Assembly (NCBI GenBank): GCA_031291875.1 | Contig: JARLIE010000183.1 | Location: forward strand, 129,356 to 193,355 | Reading direction: 5' to 3' | Source: Minisyncoccota bacterium | Lineage (GTDB): Bacteria > Patescibacteriota > Minisyncoccia > Phycocordibacterales > UBA2100 | Length of the DNA stretch: 64,000 nucleotides | Shown: positions 1-10,444 of the stretch, piece by piece | Position numbering within the stretch: the stretch's first letter is position 1 | Layout of the letters: the number at the start of each line of letters is the position of its first letter | Program-made: the position numbers and the translations under genes | The notes under the pieces: model-generated | Told to the model about the DNA's origin: nothing | Seen by the model: only the letters and a program-made list of their open reading frames with translations | Databases searched by the model: none

Positions 1-3000
1 CTGCACGAGTCCGCTGTCTGCGCCGCCGGTGCCACTACCATGCCACGTGAGTGCGGCCATTTCATTCTTCCCGTGCGGATAGCTCGAGAGCGAGGCGGAC
101 GATTGATCCTGTACCGAAACACCCGATGCCCTGAGTCTGCTTATAAAGTCCTGACTCGAGATGCCACTGATAGTGGGAACATTCGGATTACGCGCTAGTT
201 TGCCGGTGGTTCCGTAATTCGATTGTACGGAAATAACCCTTCGAGGTTCGGGGGCCGGTTGAGCCTGCCCAACTTGCTTAAGCGAATACGTCGCAGTGGA
301 AGCGGCACAGGTCGCCGGATTGCTCGCGCACAATCGCGAGAGTGCCAGCTGTTGCTGGAACGACTGCAAGCACTGTGTCTGGTCGCCCTCACACGTAAAC
401 GCGGCGCCGGTCGTCGGGTCGATCGCACACAAGCTGCTCTGATTGGAACAGCTTTGTGTCGAGGTAAGTCCGCTCACACGCGCCTGTGCAACCTGTGTCG
501 TGGGCGTCGGTGTCGCACAGCCGCGATAGTTGCACGATGCAACGCTCGGAGTGCCGCCGTTCACCGGCCCCGGTTGATAGTTTCCTTGCAGCAAGGTGAC
601 CTTTACACCATCCAATACACCCGCTTGCATGCCGCCGAAGTAATTCATCGATGCTTCGTTGAGATCGATGATGCGACCTGGCACGAGCGGACCATTGTCG
701 TTCACATTCACAACGAGCTGCTTGCCGTCGTGTTCGACCAACGCGTAACAATTGTTGCCGTTTCCTATTCCGCAGTTGTATTGTTTCGCCAAATCAAGCT
801 GCAGCGCAGCGTCGTATGCATTTGGATTATAAAAATTTCCCGTCGCGGTTTGCGCACCTCCAGATTTCCAGCCGGGCTTGAACGGATTGTATGTAGATGC
901 CGCACCGACAAGCGTCGGCGACTGCGCTTTATAGGTAGCGTGCGGCGGTGTTTGCGCTTGTGCTTGTGTTTGGGCTTGTTGCTGCGCCGTTTGTGAGACG
1001 GGAGTGGTAGCGACGGAAGGTTCGGATGTGCCGGTGCCAGTACTTTGTCCACCCGTCGATGCCGCCGGAGGCGCGACTGTTCCTATCGGACCGATGGAAG
1101 CGCCGGAATTCGATGCTGGCGATGAGGCGACTGGAAGTGCCGTGATATATGCCTGGGTTTGTGAGAGCAAGCTATCGCCCATCGCGCTCGCCTTTGATTG
1201 ATTTGCGAGGCTTTGATTTTGCGGCAAAGACATTGAATGCAGGAAATTTACATACTGCCCGATTTCATTACCGAGCGTTGGGTTGCCGAGCTGCTTTACA
1301 GAATTCGAGAGGCGTTCGGCAGCTCTTGTTCCCTGCGCCATGGCATCTTCCTGCGACTTCGATGGCCACCACGAAAGACTTTTCATTACATTGAGACCGT
1401 TTTGCGCGATTCGTGTGTCGCGCAATGCTTGATCCCTCAGACTTAACTCGCCCGCTTGCGCTGCACCCACACTGAAAAGATCCGCGAGTGCTTGCCCGGG
1501 GCCCTGCAGTGCGCCCGCCAATGTATTGAGTTGCTGCCTCGCCCAACACGCAAGCGTTAAACAATTCGAGGCGTTTTGTGTCTCGCTCTGTGCTCCGGCA
1601 TTTGTATTGTTGCTCCCCGCGCCGATGCCGTTTGTTCCCGCTCCCGTCGCTTCGGTTTGTGCGACTTGCGTCTGAGTGGGCGCGACCTGCGTTTGTTGGC
1701 TCGGCGTCGTTTGCACTTGCGTACTTTGCTGTGCCGAGCCGCTGCCCGGATTTGTCGACGGCGCGCCAGTTCCACCTTGCTGCGAACCGCTCGGGTTGGC
1801 GGTACCTGTAGGACCCTGCGTCGTTCCCACAGGATTCGATGGCGTGTTATTTCTCTTCTGTGTCACGGGTTGAGATTGCGAAGGAATTCCTGTCGGAATA
1901 GTTTGCGTATTCGTTTGTTGGGAACCTGTCGATTGTCCGCTCATGTTCGTCTGACCACCCGTACTTAAGACCTGCGAATTTGTGTTTGCCGGAATGATTG
2001 TTTGCAATCCGCTTCCAGTATCCGATTGCGCAGAACCTGAACCAGTACTCGCAAGTGCTATACGTGTAAGCGGGAGTGAGGCCGTGAGCTGCGGGACAGG
2101 GACGTTGGAAGTGGCGCCGCACGGCTGCTGCTGGACGGAATTGGTTTGATTCGTTTGCGTCGGACACGGCCCCAGCAGCCCGTCGCTACTCGCGGGGATG
2201 GAGACGATCGGTAGATTCGAGGAATACACGTTGGTTTGCACAGATTGCGAGGGCGAACCCGATTGCGCCTGCGACCCACCAAGGAATCCACCCAAGAGTG
2301 AACCGAGAATCTGCGCGGCGCTTGAGCCGCCGGTAGCGTTGGAACTTCCACCCGTCGCGCCACCGTTTGCCGCGCCGCTTTGGCCACCCAAACCGCCTAA
2401 AACTTGTCCGCCACCCGAAGCTGGAGCTGTAGTATTCCCGTTGGATGCGGGCGGTGTCGTGCCTCCTGCGTTAGCCCCTGTACCATTGCTGCTACCGGCT
2501 CCAGAACCCGACTGACCGCTCGTCCCGATCGATTGTTCTCCTTGCCCGCTTGCTTGTTGTCCTGCGCTTTGCGAGCCACTAGAGCCTGCACTTCCCTGCG
2601 ATTGATCACTCGCGACAGCTTGGTCGATTGTCTTTGGCTCGGGAAGCGATTGCACGATGATAGGATCCGGCAACGGTGGAACTACGGCCTGATCGACAGG
2701 CGGATTGGCGACAGAAGCAGTTTCCGGCGCGCTCGTCGGCGGAGGCAATTCTATTTCGATCGTTTTCGTCGGAGGCGAAACACTATCGAACGGTACCGGT
2801 TGAGCGGAAGAGAACGAATTCGACTCGCCGCTTGGCGTCGTAACATTGCCGGTAACAGCGAGCACTGGTCCTCCCAAACCGAGATTGTCCGAAAGATAGG
2901 TACCCCAACCAGCGTTCTTCGCGGAGCTATTCATGAGTTGCCCCAAATCCTGCGCGGGTGTCGCGCCGGTAGTGTTATTTTGGCTCCCGAGAATATCCGA

Positions 3001-4095
3001 AGCGGTAGCGCCATACGCTTGCCCTTCAAGCATATAACTCAACTTTTGATCGACTGGTTGCGGCGCCTGGGAAAGACCAAGAGAGGTCATAACGCCTTCC
3101 AAACCGGTCCCTTGCAAGCGACTGTCGGTAAGTCCCATTCCGGCCACACCGACGTACCCTTTGTCGGAAATTCCGTATTGAGTACCGGGCAATATCGCAA
3201 CGCTGCCGTCAGGCAGTTTCGCAACGACAGAGAAATTGGATCCTACGATTCCGTTCGCGAGCGCCGCGTTCTGCGTGACCTCTTGGTTGAGCGGATCATT
3301 CGGCGGAATGATGTAGGCAGTGTCGCCGGAAGCGAGCGTTTGTTTATAGTTGGACGGATCGCTCGCAACGCCGGAAGATTGAAAATCGCCGGTTTGTGTC
3401 GTGCCGAACGTACTTTGCAAATATTGTTCTTGCGTGGTCGGGACAGCGGTTTGATCGGTAGCTCCCGAACTATCCGGCTGATTGCCGCTCAAGGAGTTGA
3501 GCGCCTGCGTGAGGACGCTCTGGTTCATATACGGCAACGAAGCGCTCTGCGAACTGCCCGAGACACCGACCGTTTGCAACCAAGACGGCGGAGGCGTTAC
3601 GGTCGGCAAATTCGAGCCCGAGGCTGCGGTGCTCGGCGTTCCTGTTTGAGTAGCCGATGACGGCTGTGCTTGCCCGGTCGTTAAATCTTTAAAATCTTGC
3701 GAAACGGTCGCGTTCGGCGATTGCGAGCCGCCGAGCGCGTCCTGGATTTGCTGCATCGTCGGCTTCTGGGGTGTCTTTCCATTGCAGGTCGTTTCCGCCT
3801 GGCAATTGTTTTGCGCGGCACACGCGCCCTTGATGGTGCCGCCGCCCTGATCGGTCGGACACGTGTAATCGCAGGGCTTGCTGCGCATACACTGCACGCC
3901 CTGCACGTCTTTGGCGAATGATCCGTCAGCATTCTTTTTGTAGTCGCATTTATAATCGCCGACCGTGCAAGCTTTTGTGTCGCTTCCACTCGCCGTATTG
4001 GTGGTGTTCGCCGCAGTCGTTTCCGCGAACGCAAACTGCGCTGCGAAGCCGATGATCGCCAAAGAAATAATCGCCGCGAACGCAGAGCGGTACAT
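1..4095 (-). CDS. Giant secreted protein (>1365 aa, runs off the left window edge): signal peptide, 8-Cys N-terminal domain, S/T/G/Q/P-rich linkers, RlpA-like double-psi beta-barrel lytic transglycosylase domain (~586-903)
   Basis: Translated by hand from the ATG at 4095 (MYRSAFAAIISLAIIGFAAQFAFAE...); no in-frame stop down to position 1. Contains ASTYNP..GGAQTATGNFYNPNAYDAA...LVVNVNDNGPLVPGRIIDLNEASMNYFGG, matching RlpA motifs. Absent from the ORF track because its stop is outside the window. Confidence 0.9.
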   Translation of the reverse strand, partial: MYRSAFAAIISLAIIGFAAQFAFAETTAANTTNTASGSDTKACTVGDYKCDYKKNADGSFAKDVQGVQCMRSKPCDYTCPTDQGGGTIKGACAAQNNCQAETTCNGKTPQKPTMQQIQDALGGSQSPNATVSQDFKDLTTGQAQPSSATQTGTPSTAASGSNLPTVTPPPSWLQTVGVSGSSQSASLPYMNQSVLTQALNSLSGNQPDSSGATDQTAVPTTQEQYLQSTFGTTQTGDFQSSGVASDPSNYKQTLASGDTAYIIPPNDPLNQEVTQNAALANGIVGSNFSVVAKLPDGSVAILPGTQYGISDKGYVGVAGMGLTDSRLQGTGLEGVMTSLGLSQAPQPVDQKLSYMLEGQAYGATASDILGSQNNTTGATPAQDLGQLMNSSAKNAGWGTYLSDNLGLGGPVLAVTGNVTTPSGESNSFSSAQPVPFDSVSPPTKTIEIELPPPTSAPETASVANPPVDQAVVPPLPDPIIVQSLPEPKTIDQAVASDQSQGSAGSSGSQSAGQQASGQGEQSIGTSGQSGSGAGSSNGTGANAGGTTPPASNGNTTAPASGGGQVLGGLGGQSGAANGGATGGSSNATGGSSAAQILGSLLGGFLGGSQAQSGSPSQSVQTNVYSSNLPIVSIPASSDGLLGPCPTQTNQTNSVQQQPCGATSNVPVPQLTASLPLTRIALASTGSGSAQSDTGSGLQTIIPANTNSQVLSTGGQTNMSGQSTGSQQTNTQTIPTGIPSQSQPVTQKRNNTPSNPVGTTQGPTGTANPSGSQQGGTGAPSTNPGSGSAQQSTQVQTTPSQQTQVAPTQTQVAQTEATGAGTNGIGAGSNNTNAGAQSETQNASNCLTLACWARQQLNTLAGALQGPGQALADLFSVGAAQAGELSLRDQALRDTRIAQNGLNVMKSLSWWPSKSQEDAMAQGTRAAERLSNSVKQLGNPTLGNEIGQYVNFLHSMSLPQNQSLANQSKASAMGDSLLSQTQAYITALPVASSPASNSGASIGPIGTVAPPAASTGGQSTGTGTSEPSVATTPVSQTAQQQAQTQAQAQTPPHATYKAQSPTLVGAASTYNPFKPGWKSGGAQTATGNFYNPNAYDAALQLDLAKQYNCGIGNGNNCYALVEHDGKQLVVNVNDNGPLVPGRIIDLNEASMNYFGGMQAGVLDGVKVTLLQGNYQPGPVNGGTPSVASCNYRGCATPTPTTQVAQARVSGLTSTQSCSNQSSLCAIDPTTGAAFTCEGDQTQCLQSFQQQLALSRLCASNPATCAASTATYSLKQVGQAQPAPEPRRVISVQSNYGTTGKLARNPNVPTISGISSQDFISRLRASGVSVQDQSSASLSSYPHGKNEMAALTWHGSGTGGADSGLVQ

Positions 4096-4111
4096 GTCTC
4101 CTGATTGTACC

Positions 4112-4144
4112 AGCGAAGGACCGGCATTTTGCCGGTCCTTCGCT
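4112..4144. other. Perfect 14-bp hairpin between groEL and the giant protein gene
   Basis: agcgaaggaccggc-atttt-gccggtccttcgct; no U-tract follows it in the groEL direction, so a terminator role is uncertain. Confidence 0.6.
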
Positions 4145-4169
4145 AAAAATGTGGATGTTTGGTGGAGTT

Positions 4170-5816
4170 TTAATCCATGTCTCCCATCCCGCCCGGCATT
4201 CCCGACGCGTTCTTTTTATCTTCCGGAATATCGGCGATTGCGGCTTCAGTCGTGAGCAGCACCGCGGCAGCGGACGCTGCGTTTTCAACGCCCGAGCGCG
4301 TAACCTTCACCGGATCGATGATGCCCGCCTCGAACATATCTACCATTTCCATGTCTTCGCCCTCGGCAGCGGCGTTGAATCCGACAGCGCCCCCGCGGCG
4401 AATAACTTCCTGCAAAATCACCATCGCGTCTTCGCGTCCTGCATTCTCAGCGATCTGCAGAAGCGGGGCCGAAAGCGAGGAAGCGAGCACTCGGTAGCCG
4501 ACCGAGTATTCGTCGTGCGCCTTGCCGTCGATTTTCTTGAGGAGCTTTGCGCCGACTTTGGCGAGTGCCGCGCCGCCGCCCGGGACGATACCCTCCGCGA
4601 TGGCCGCTTTGGTCGCGTTCACGGCGTCCTCGATTTTGTCTTTCAAGTATTTCATTTCCGTCTCGGTCGCTGCACCGACACGAATGACCGCTACGCCGCC
4701 CGTGAGCTTCGCGATGCGCTCTTCGATTTTTTCTTTGTCGTATTTCGAATCAGTGTTCGCAAGCTGGGCGCGCAACTGTTGCACGCGCGCCTCGATGTCA
4801 GCTTTCTTGCCCTTGCCGCCGACGATCGTCGTCGAGTCTTTAGTCGAGACGACGCGAGTGGCGCGGCCGAGCATGCTGATGTCCGCGCTCTCGAGCTTGA
4901 CGCCGAGGTCTTCGGAAATCACCTGCGCGCCGACCGTGATCGCGATGTCCTGCAACATCTCTTTCTTACGGTCGCCGTAGCCAGGCGCCTTGATGGCGAG
5001 CACATTGAAACCGCCCTTCAATTTATTGAGGATGAACGTCGCGAGCGCCTCGCCTTCGACGTCGTCGGCGATGATGACGAGCTCGCGCTTCCCTGCCTGC
5101 GCGATTTTTTCGAGGAACGGGAGAATATCTTTCACGCTCGAGATCTTTTTGTCGGTGACGAGAATCGGCGCGTCTTTCGCTTCGGCTTCCATGCGCTCCG
5201 GATTAGTTACGAGGTACGCTGAGACATATCCCTTGTCGAACTCCATACCTTCGACGTAATCCATTTCGATACCGAGCGACTGCGATTCTTCCACAGTGAC
5301 GACGCCGTCCTTGCCAACCTTTTCAACTGTCTGCGCGATCGTCTCGCCGAGTTCTTTGGATTCGGCGGAGATCGTGGCGACCTGGCGGATATCCGCCTTG
5401 CCCTTGATCGGCTTTGCCATCTTTTTCAATTCCTCAACCGCGTCTTTTGCCGCCGCTTCAATGCCGCGACGAACCATCATGGCGTTCGCGCCGAGCGCAG
5501 TGCGCTTCAAGCCCTCTCGAACGATCGCCTGCGTGAGAATGACGGCGGTCGAGGTGCCGTCGCCAGCCTTGTCGTTGGTCTTTGTCGCGACTTCTTTCAC
5601 AATCGCGGCGCCCATGTTCTCGAATTTGTCGGCGAGCTCGATTTCTTTCGCGATCGAAACGCCGTCGTTGGTGATCGTCGGGCCACCCCACGATTTGGCG
5701 AGCGCGACGTTGCGGCCCTTAGGGCCGATCGTCACTTTCACCGCGTTGCCGACGACGTCGACACCACGCTTGAGAGCCGCTCGAACTTGTTCGTCAAAAA
5801 TTACCTGCTTTGCCAT
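4170..5816 (-). CDS. groEL: Chaperonin GroEL
   Basis: MAKQV..., TNDGVSIAKEI, GDGTST, GGM-type tail; start at ATG 5816. Confidence 0.99.
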   Translation of the reverse strand: MAKQVIFDEQVRAALKRGVDVVGNAVKVTIGPKGRNVALAKSWGGPTITNDGVSIAKEIELADKFENMGAAIVKEVATKTNDKAGDGTSTAVILTQAIVREGLKRTALGANAMMVRRGIEAAAKDAVEELKKMAKPIKGKADIRQVATISAESKELGETIAQTVEKVGKDGVVTVEESQSLGIEMDYVEGMEFDKGYVSAYLVTNPERMEAEAKDAPILVTDKKISSVKDILPFLEKIAQAGKRELVIIADDVEGEALATFILNKLKGGFNVLAIKAPGYGDRKKEMLQDIAITVGAQVISEDLGVKLESADISMLGRATRVVSTKDSTTIVGGKGKKADIEARVQQLRAQLANTDSKYDKEKIEERIAKLTGGVAVIRVGAATETEMKYLKDKIEDAVNATKAAIAEGIVPGGGAALAKVGAKLLKKIDGKAHDEYSVGYRVLASSLSAPLLQIAENAGREDAMVILQEVIRRGGAVGFNAAAEGEDMEMVDMFEAGIIDPVKVTRSGVENAASAAAVLLTTEAAIADIPEDKKNASGMPGGMGDMD

Positions 5817-5869
5817 AAGAGTTGAATATTCCAAGGCGTTGCCACAAGGCGCCACCTGGAAACTGGTAC

Positions 5870-6190
5870 TTATTTAATGATTGCTAAAATGTCGGACTCG
5901 CGGACGAGGAAGTATTCCTCATTATCCTCACCGAGATCAACTTCATTGTCCCAGCCGGCATTGAAATACACTTTGGTACCTGTCTTGAGAGTCGTCGGAA
6001 TAAGGGTGCCCTCGTCGTTGATTCTGCCGGGGCCGACGGCGATGATGCTGCCGCGTTTCGATTTATCTTTCTCAGCGGTGTCGGGAAGGATAATCCCCGA
6101 AACCGATTTTTTCTCGGGCTTATCCTCGCGCTTCACAAGCACGCGATCGCCGAGTGGTTGTACACTAATTTTTGCTGCTTCTTTTGCCAT
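5870..6190 (-). CDS. groES: Co-chaperonin GroES
   Basis: PLGDRVLV, SGIILPD, AVGPG, RESDILAII; directly upstream of groEL. Confidence 0.98.
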   Translation of the reverse strand: MAKEAAKISVQPLGDRVLVKREDKPEKKSVSGIILPDTAEKDKSKRGSIIAVGPGRINDEGTLIPTTLKTGTKVYFNAGWDNEVDLGEDNEEYFLVRESDILAIIK

Positions 6191-6407
6191 ATCAATCTTT
6201 TATTGAAGCTGATAAATAGTGCTAGTGACGTGCACATCATAGTTGAATATTCATGAGAGGAGAACTTGACTACGTTTATATACGATGTGCAATAAATTTC
6301 CGGGCCCTACTTCTTATAAGGACATGCTCGTCTTTAGGTTACAAGGGTGTCCCAATAGCCCTGGAGCTGGGTTGCATACCCAAAACCAGTATGATAGGGT
6401 GACTCCG

Positions 6408-6641
6408 ATGGTTTTTCTCCAAGCGGTACTGCCCTACGTGCAGATCTTGCTCTCCGTGCTGCTCATCGGCGCGGTTTTGCTGCAGCGCACCGGCGCTTCG
6501 GTCGGCGGCGCATTTGGCAGCGACAACTTCAGCACCGGCTTTCACACCCGCCGCGGTCTTGAGAAGACCCTCTTTTACGCCACTATCGCGCTTGGTATAC
6601 TGTTTGCGTTAAGTGCGTTGGTAAACCTGCTTATTAGTTAA
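6408..6641 (+). CDS. secG: Preprotein translocase subunit SecG
   Basis: Two TM helices, VLLQ..GASVGGAFG...TRRGLEK; likely start ATG 6408. Confidence 0.93.
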   Translation: MVFLQAVLPYVQILLSVLLIGAVLLQRTGASVGGAFGSDNFSTGFHTRRGLEKTLFYATIALGILFALSALVNLLIS

Positions 6642-6684
6642 TACCGCATCGGCCTTGGGCCGGTTCGAGTAGCCCCCTAGGGGT

Positions 6685-8514
6685 ATGGTTGATACTGATA
6701 CCGAAACATCCGCATCCTGGCAGGAGAAGCTTCGCATGGAGCGTCGCATTCCCTGGCTCATTCGCTTCGAAGAAGTTCTGCCGCGTTTCTCGCCGGCGGA
6801 GCGCCTTTTTCTCTATGGAATTTCGGTCGTGCTCGCGATCAGCGCGTTTTTGTTGGTAGTAGAAACTTCACACTATTTTTCTACGGTCGTACCCGCAAGA
6901 GGCGGTTCTCTGACGGAAGGAGAAATCGGTCCTGCGCGTTTCATCAACCCGCTCCTTGCCATCTCACAAGCCGACCAAGACCTCACCCAACTCGTTTATT
7001 CCGGATTGCTTCGTGCCAACGCGGATGGTAGCTACTCGCCGGATCTGGCAGCGAGCTACACGATCTCGCCGGACGGCACCGTCTATACATTCAAGCTTCG
7101 TCCAGACGCGAAATTCTCGAATGGCACGCCACTTACCTCCAGCGACGTCGTCTTCACGATCCAGCTCGCGCAAAACCCTGACATCAAGTCGCCGCAGCAA
7201 GCCGACTGGCTTGGCGTACAAGTCTCCGCGCCCGATTCGGAAACAGTCGTTTTCACGCTCCCGCACCCGTACGCGCCGTTTTTGCAGAATGCCACAATGG
7301 GAATCTTGCCGAAAAGCCTGTGGGGCAATGTTTCGAGCGAAGAGTTTCCCTTCTCCCCGCTCAACACGAATCCCGTCGGGAGCGGTCCGTATCGAGTCAC
7401 GGGCGAAAAGACCGACTCGACCGGTTCGCCGACCCGGTACGATCTCGCACCAAATCCAAATTTTGCCCTCGGCGGTTCGATGGTCAATCGAATTACCTTC
7501 CAGTTCTATCCGGATAATGCATCTGTGGTGCGCGCATTGAACGCGGGGCAGATCGACACGATCGCGGCAGTATCACCCGTCGATCTTCCGCAAATTAAAG
7601 ATCGCGGCGCGGAGCTTATGCAGGTGCCGCTTCCCCGTGTCTTCGGCGTATTCTTCAACCAAAGTCACGACCCGGCGCTCGCCGATCCAGCAGTGAAAAC
7701 GGCGCTCGATCAGGCGCTCGACAAGCAAGCGATCGTCGATGATGTGCTCGGCGGTTACGGCGTCACACTCGATTCGCCGATTCCGCCGGGAGTGCTCGGA
7801 GTAGCGCCGCACACCACGCTTTCCACGTATCCGTTTACGGTTGCCGCTTCCACGTCTCCCGTCGTTTCCGCGAACATCACCAACGCGCAGGCAACGCTCC
7901 AGCGAGGAGGCTGGACCTTCGACCAAACGAATCAGGTCTGGACGAAAGGCTCCGGTAAGTCTAAATTGACGCTTGCGCTTACGCTCTCGACGGCCGACCA
8001 AAGCGAGCTCGTCGCTACGGCCAATGCGGTCGCCGCTGCCTGGCAGGCGGCAGGCGTCCACGTCACCGTGCAGGTGTACCCGCTTTCGGATTTCAACAAC
8101 ACGATTTTGCGCCCCCGCGCGTACGACGCAATCCTCTTCGGCGAGGTCGTCGGACGCACCACGGACCTCTTCGCGTTCTGGGACTCGACGCAACGCAACG
8201 ATCCGGGGCTCAATCTCGCGATGTACGCGAGCGCGCAGGCGGACGCGCTTCTCTCGCAAGCGCGAGCGACGAGCGACGAGACGACTCGCTCAAATCTCTA
8301 CCAGCAATTCGCGCAAATCGTGCAGAAAGACCAGCCTGCCGTGTTCTTGTACTCGCCGGATTTCCTGTATCTGGTCCCCCAGGGCCTGCAGGGCGTTCAG
8401 CTCGGCGCACTCACAAGCGCGTCCGATCGATTCCTCAACGTGTACCAGTGGTACACGCAGACGTCTCGCATCTGGAACGCCTTTGCTGCCGGGCAACCTT
8501 CTCAAAACTATTAA
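6685..8514 (+). CDS. Membrane-anchored ABC-type substrate-binding protein, family 5 (peptide/nickel)
   Basis: N-terminal TM, VYSGLL...PDLA.SY.ISPDG..YTFKLR...FSNG.PLTS.DVVFT, PVGSGPY. Confidence 0.92.
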   Translation: MVDTDTETSASWQEKLRMERRIPWLIRFEEVLPRFSPAERLFLYGISVVLAISAFLLVVETSHYFSTVVPARGGSLTEGEIGPARFINPLLAISQADQDLTQLVYSGLLRANADGSYSPDLAASYTISPDGTVYTFKLRPDAKFSNGTPLTSSDVVFTIQLAQNPDIKSPQQADWLGVQVSAPDSETVVFTLPHPYAPFLQNATMGILPKSLWGNVSSEEFPFSPLNTNPVGSGPYRVTGEKTDSTGSPTRYDLAPNPNFALGGSMVNRITFQFYPDNASVVRALNAGQIDTIAAVSPVDLPQIKDRGAELMQVPLPRVFGVFFNQSHDPALADPAVKTALDQALDKQAIVDDVLGGYGVTLDSPIPPGVLGVAPHTTLSTYPFTVAASTSPVVSANITNAQATLQRGGWTFDQTNQVWTKGSGKSKLTLALTLSTADQSELVATANAVAAAWQAAGVHVTVQVYPLSDFNNTILRPRAYDAILFGEVVGRTTDLFAFWDSTQRNDPGLNLAMYASAQADALLSQARATSDETTRSNLYQQFAQIVQKDQPAVFLYSPDFLYLVPQGLQGVQLGALTSASDRFLNVYQWYTQTSRIWNAFAAGQPSQNY

Positions 8515-8530
8515 TTAGCAACTTATTATT

Positions 8531-10405
8531 ATGGAACCTTCAAATACAAACAAACTTACGAACAAGCCGCAGGCCCGACCTGCCGGTCGTCCGCAGCAAC
8601 GTCCGCCGCGTCCGCAATTCCAGCGCACGCGCCGCTACCGTCCGATGTCTTCGCGCCCTGCGCACCCGCGCCGCGGCAAGCAGCACATCGAGCACAAGAG
8701 CGAGCAGCCGAAGAAAACACAAAAGATCACACCTCCGGCGGAGAACGTGGTGCGCATCATTCCGCTCGGCGGCGTCGAGGAGATCGGCCGCAACATGACC
8801 GCGATCGAAACCGCTGACGACATCTTTATCCTCGACTGCGGCTTCCAATTCCGCGAAGACGATACACCGGGCATCGACTACATCCTCCCCAACACCGGCT
8901 ATCTCGAAGAGCGTCGTGACAAAATCCGCGGCCTTCTCATTTCGCACGGCCACCTCGACCACATCGGCGGTATTCCCTACATCATCGACCGCGTCGGCAA
9001 CCCGACGATCTACACCCGCAAATTGACCGGGATGATGATCAAGAAGCGCCAGGAAGAATTCGCCGGTTCTAACGTCACGATCCGCGAAGTCGAAAAAGAC
9101 GAGGTCATCAAGCTCGGCTCGACGACCATCCGTTTCTTCGGCGTCACGCACACCGTACCGGATTCGATGGGTATCATCATCGAAACCAAGTGGGGCGACG
9201 TCGTATTCACCGGCGACATCAAGCTCAACCACCGCGACGGCGATCCGAGCGACGAAGAAAAGCGCGAATTCGGCATCTTCAAAGACCGCAAGGTTTTGGC
9301 ACTCCTCATGGACTCGACCAACGTCTGGCAGCCAGGCTTCTCGATTCCGGAATACAACGTGTACCAAACGCTCGAAAAAATCGTGAAAGACTCCAAGGGA
9401 CGCCTCATCATCGCGATGTTCGCTTCTCACCTTGAGCGCCTTATCCGCATCGTGCAGTTCGCCGAAGAAGCCGGCAAGAAAGTCGTTATCGACGGCCGCT
9501 CGATGCGTACCAACATCGAGATCGCGCGCGAACTCGGCCTCATTAAGTACAAAGACGACACCGTCGTGCAGGTTGAGGATATCGAACGCGTCGCTCCCGA
9601 AAAGCTGATTATCCTTGCGACCGGCGCACAAGGCGACGAATTCGCCTCGCTTGCCCGTATCGGCAACAAGTCGCACAAGTACATCCGTCTGCAACCGACC
9701 GACACGATCGTTCTCTCTTCGTCCGTCATTCCGGGCAACGAGCGCGCGGTCCAGAAACTCAAAGACAACCTTTCGCGTCAGGGTGCGCACATCATCACCT
9801 ATCACACCTCCGACGTGCACGCTTCCGGCCACGGCAACCGCGGCGAAGCCGAATGGATCCACAAACAAATCAGGCCGAAATTCTTCGTTCCGGTACACGG
9901 CTACCACTACATGCTTCGCGTGCACGCCGATGTCGCGGCAGAGCTCGGCATGGATCCGCTGCACATCGCGATCCCGGACAATTCCTCGATCATTGAAATC
10001 ACTGATGGCGAGAAGATCTCTAAGCACGCGCTTAAGGCGCCGTCTGAGCTGCGTGTCGTCGAAGGCCAGACCGTTTCTGAGCTTTCCGATGTCCTTATGC
10101 GCGACCGCAAAGCGCTCGGCCAAGAGGGCTTTTGCGTCGTCGTCGCCACCGTTGATCGCCGTACCGGCAAGCTGCACAAGTCGCCGGACATCATTTCGCG
10201 CGGCTTCGTCTATCTTCGCGACAACAAAGAACTGATGGATCAAACCCGCCTCATCATCCGCAAGTCCGTGGAAACCTCGCTCCGCAACCCTCGTTCAGCC
10301 GATCTCGATATCGCGCGCGACGAATTGGCGGAAGCTGTCTCTCGCTTCCTCCTGCAGCGCACCCAAAAGCGCCCGATCGTGATCCCCGTAATCGTAAGCG
10401 TTTAA
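8531..10405 (+). CDS. rnj: Ribonuclease J
   Basis: PLGGVEEIGRN, SHGHLDHIG, HASGH, PVHG; R/P/Q-rich N-terminal extension. Confidence 0.97.
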   Translation: MEPSNTNKLTNKPQARPAGRPQQRPPRPQFQRTRRYRPMSSRPAHPRRGKQHIEHKSEQPKKTQKITPPAENVVRIIPLGGVEEIGRNMTAIETADDIFILDCGFQFREDDTPGIDYILPNTGYLEERRDKIRGLLISHGHLDHIGGIPYIIDRVGNPTIYTRKLTGMMIKKRQEEFAGSNVTIREVEKDEVIKLGSTTIRFFGVTHTVPDSMGIIIETKWGDVVFTGDIKLNHRDGDPSDEEKREFGIFKDRKVLALLMDSTNVWQPGFSIPEYNVYQTLEKIVKDSKGRLIIAMFASHLERLIRIVQFAEEAGKKVVIDGRSMRTNIEIARELGLIKYKDDTVVQVEDIERVAPEKLIILATGAQGDEFASLARIGNKSHKYIRLQPTDTIVLSSSVIPGNERAVQKLKDNLSRQGAHIITYHTSDVHASGHGNRGEAEWIHKQIRPKFFVPVHGYHYMLRVHADVAAELGMDPLHIAIPDNSSIIEITDGEKISKHALKAPSELRVVEGQTVSELSDVLMRDRKALGQEGFCVVVATVDRRTGKLHKSPDIISRGFVYLRDNKELMDQTRLIIRKSVETSLRNPRSADLDIARDELAEAVSRFLLQRTQKRPIVIPVIVSV

Positions 10406-10408
10406 TTT

Positions 10409-10440
10409 CTCAAGGTGTCACCTCATGGTGACACCTTGAG
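10409..10440. terminator. Palindrome / bidirectional terminator between convergent rnj and mutY
   Basis: ctcaaggtgtcacc-tcat-ggtgacaccttgag, 14-bp perfect stem. Confidence 0.65.
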
Positions 10441-10444
10441 GGAG

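Noticed and set aside
223-3660. Long + strand ORFs (223-996, 1576-1968, 2404-3660) and short minus-strand ORFs in the track
   Set aside because: Arg/Cys-rich antisense or off-frame shadows of the real giant minus-strand gene 1-4095.
5817-6260. Possible CIRCE/HrcA operator, and the repeated 12-mer AGTTGAATATTC upstream of groEL and groES
   Set aside because: No TTAGCACTC-N9-GAGTGCTAA match, only a weak half-site. The 12-mer is real, but two copies at different distances from the starts are too little to call a regulatory site.
8540-10243. 567-aa minus-strand ORF, and similar long antisense ORFs over groEL, ddl, murF, dinB and GH18
   Set aside because: In-register antisense shadows of well-supported genes; no recognisable motifs.
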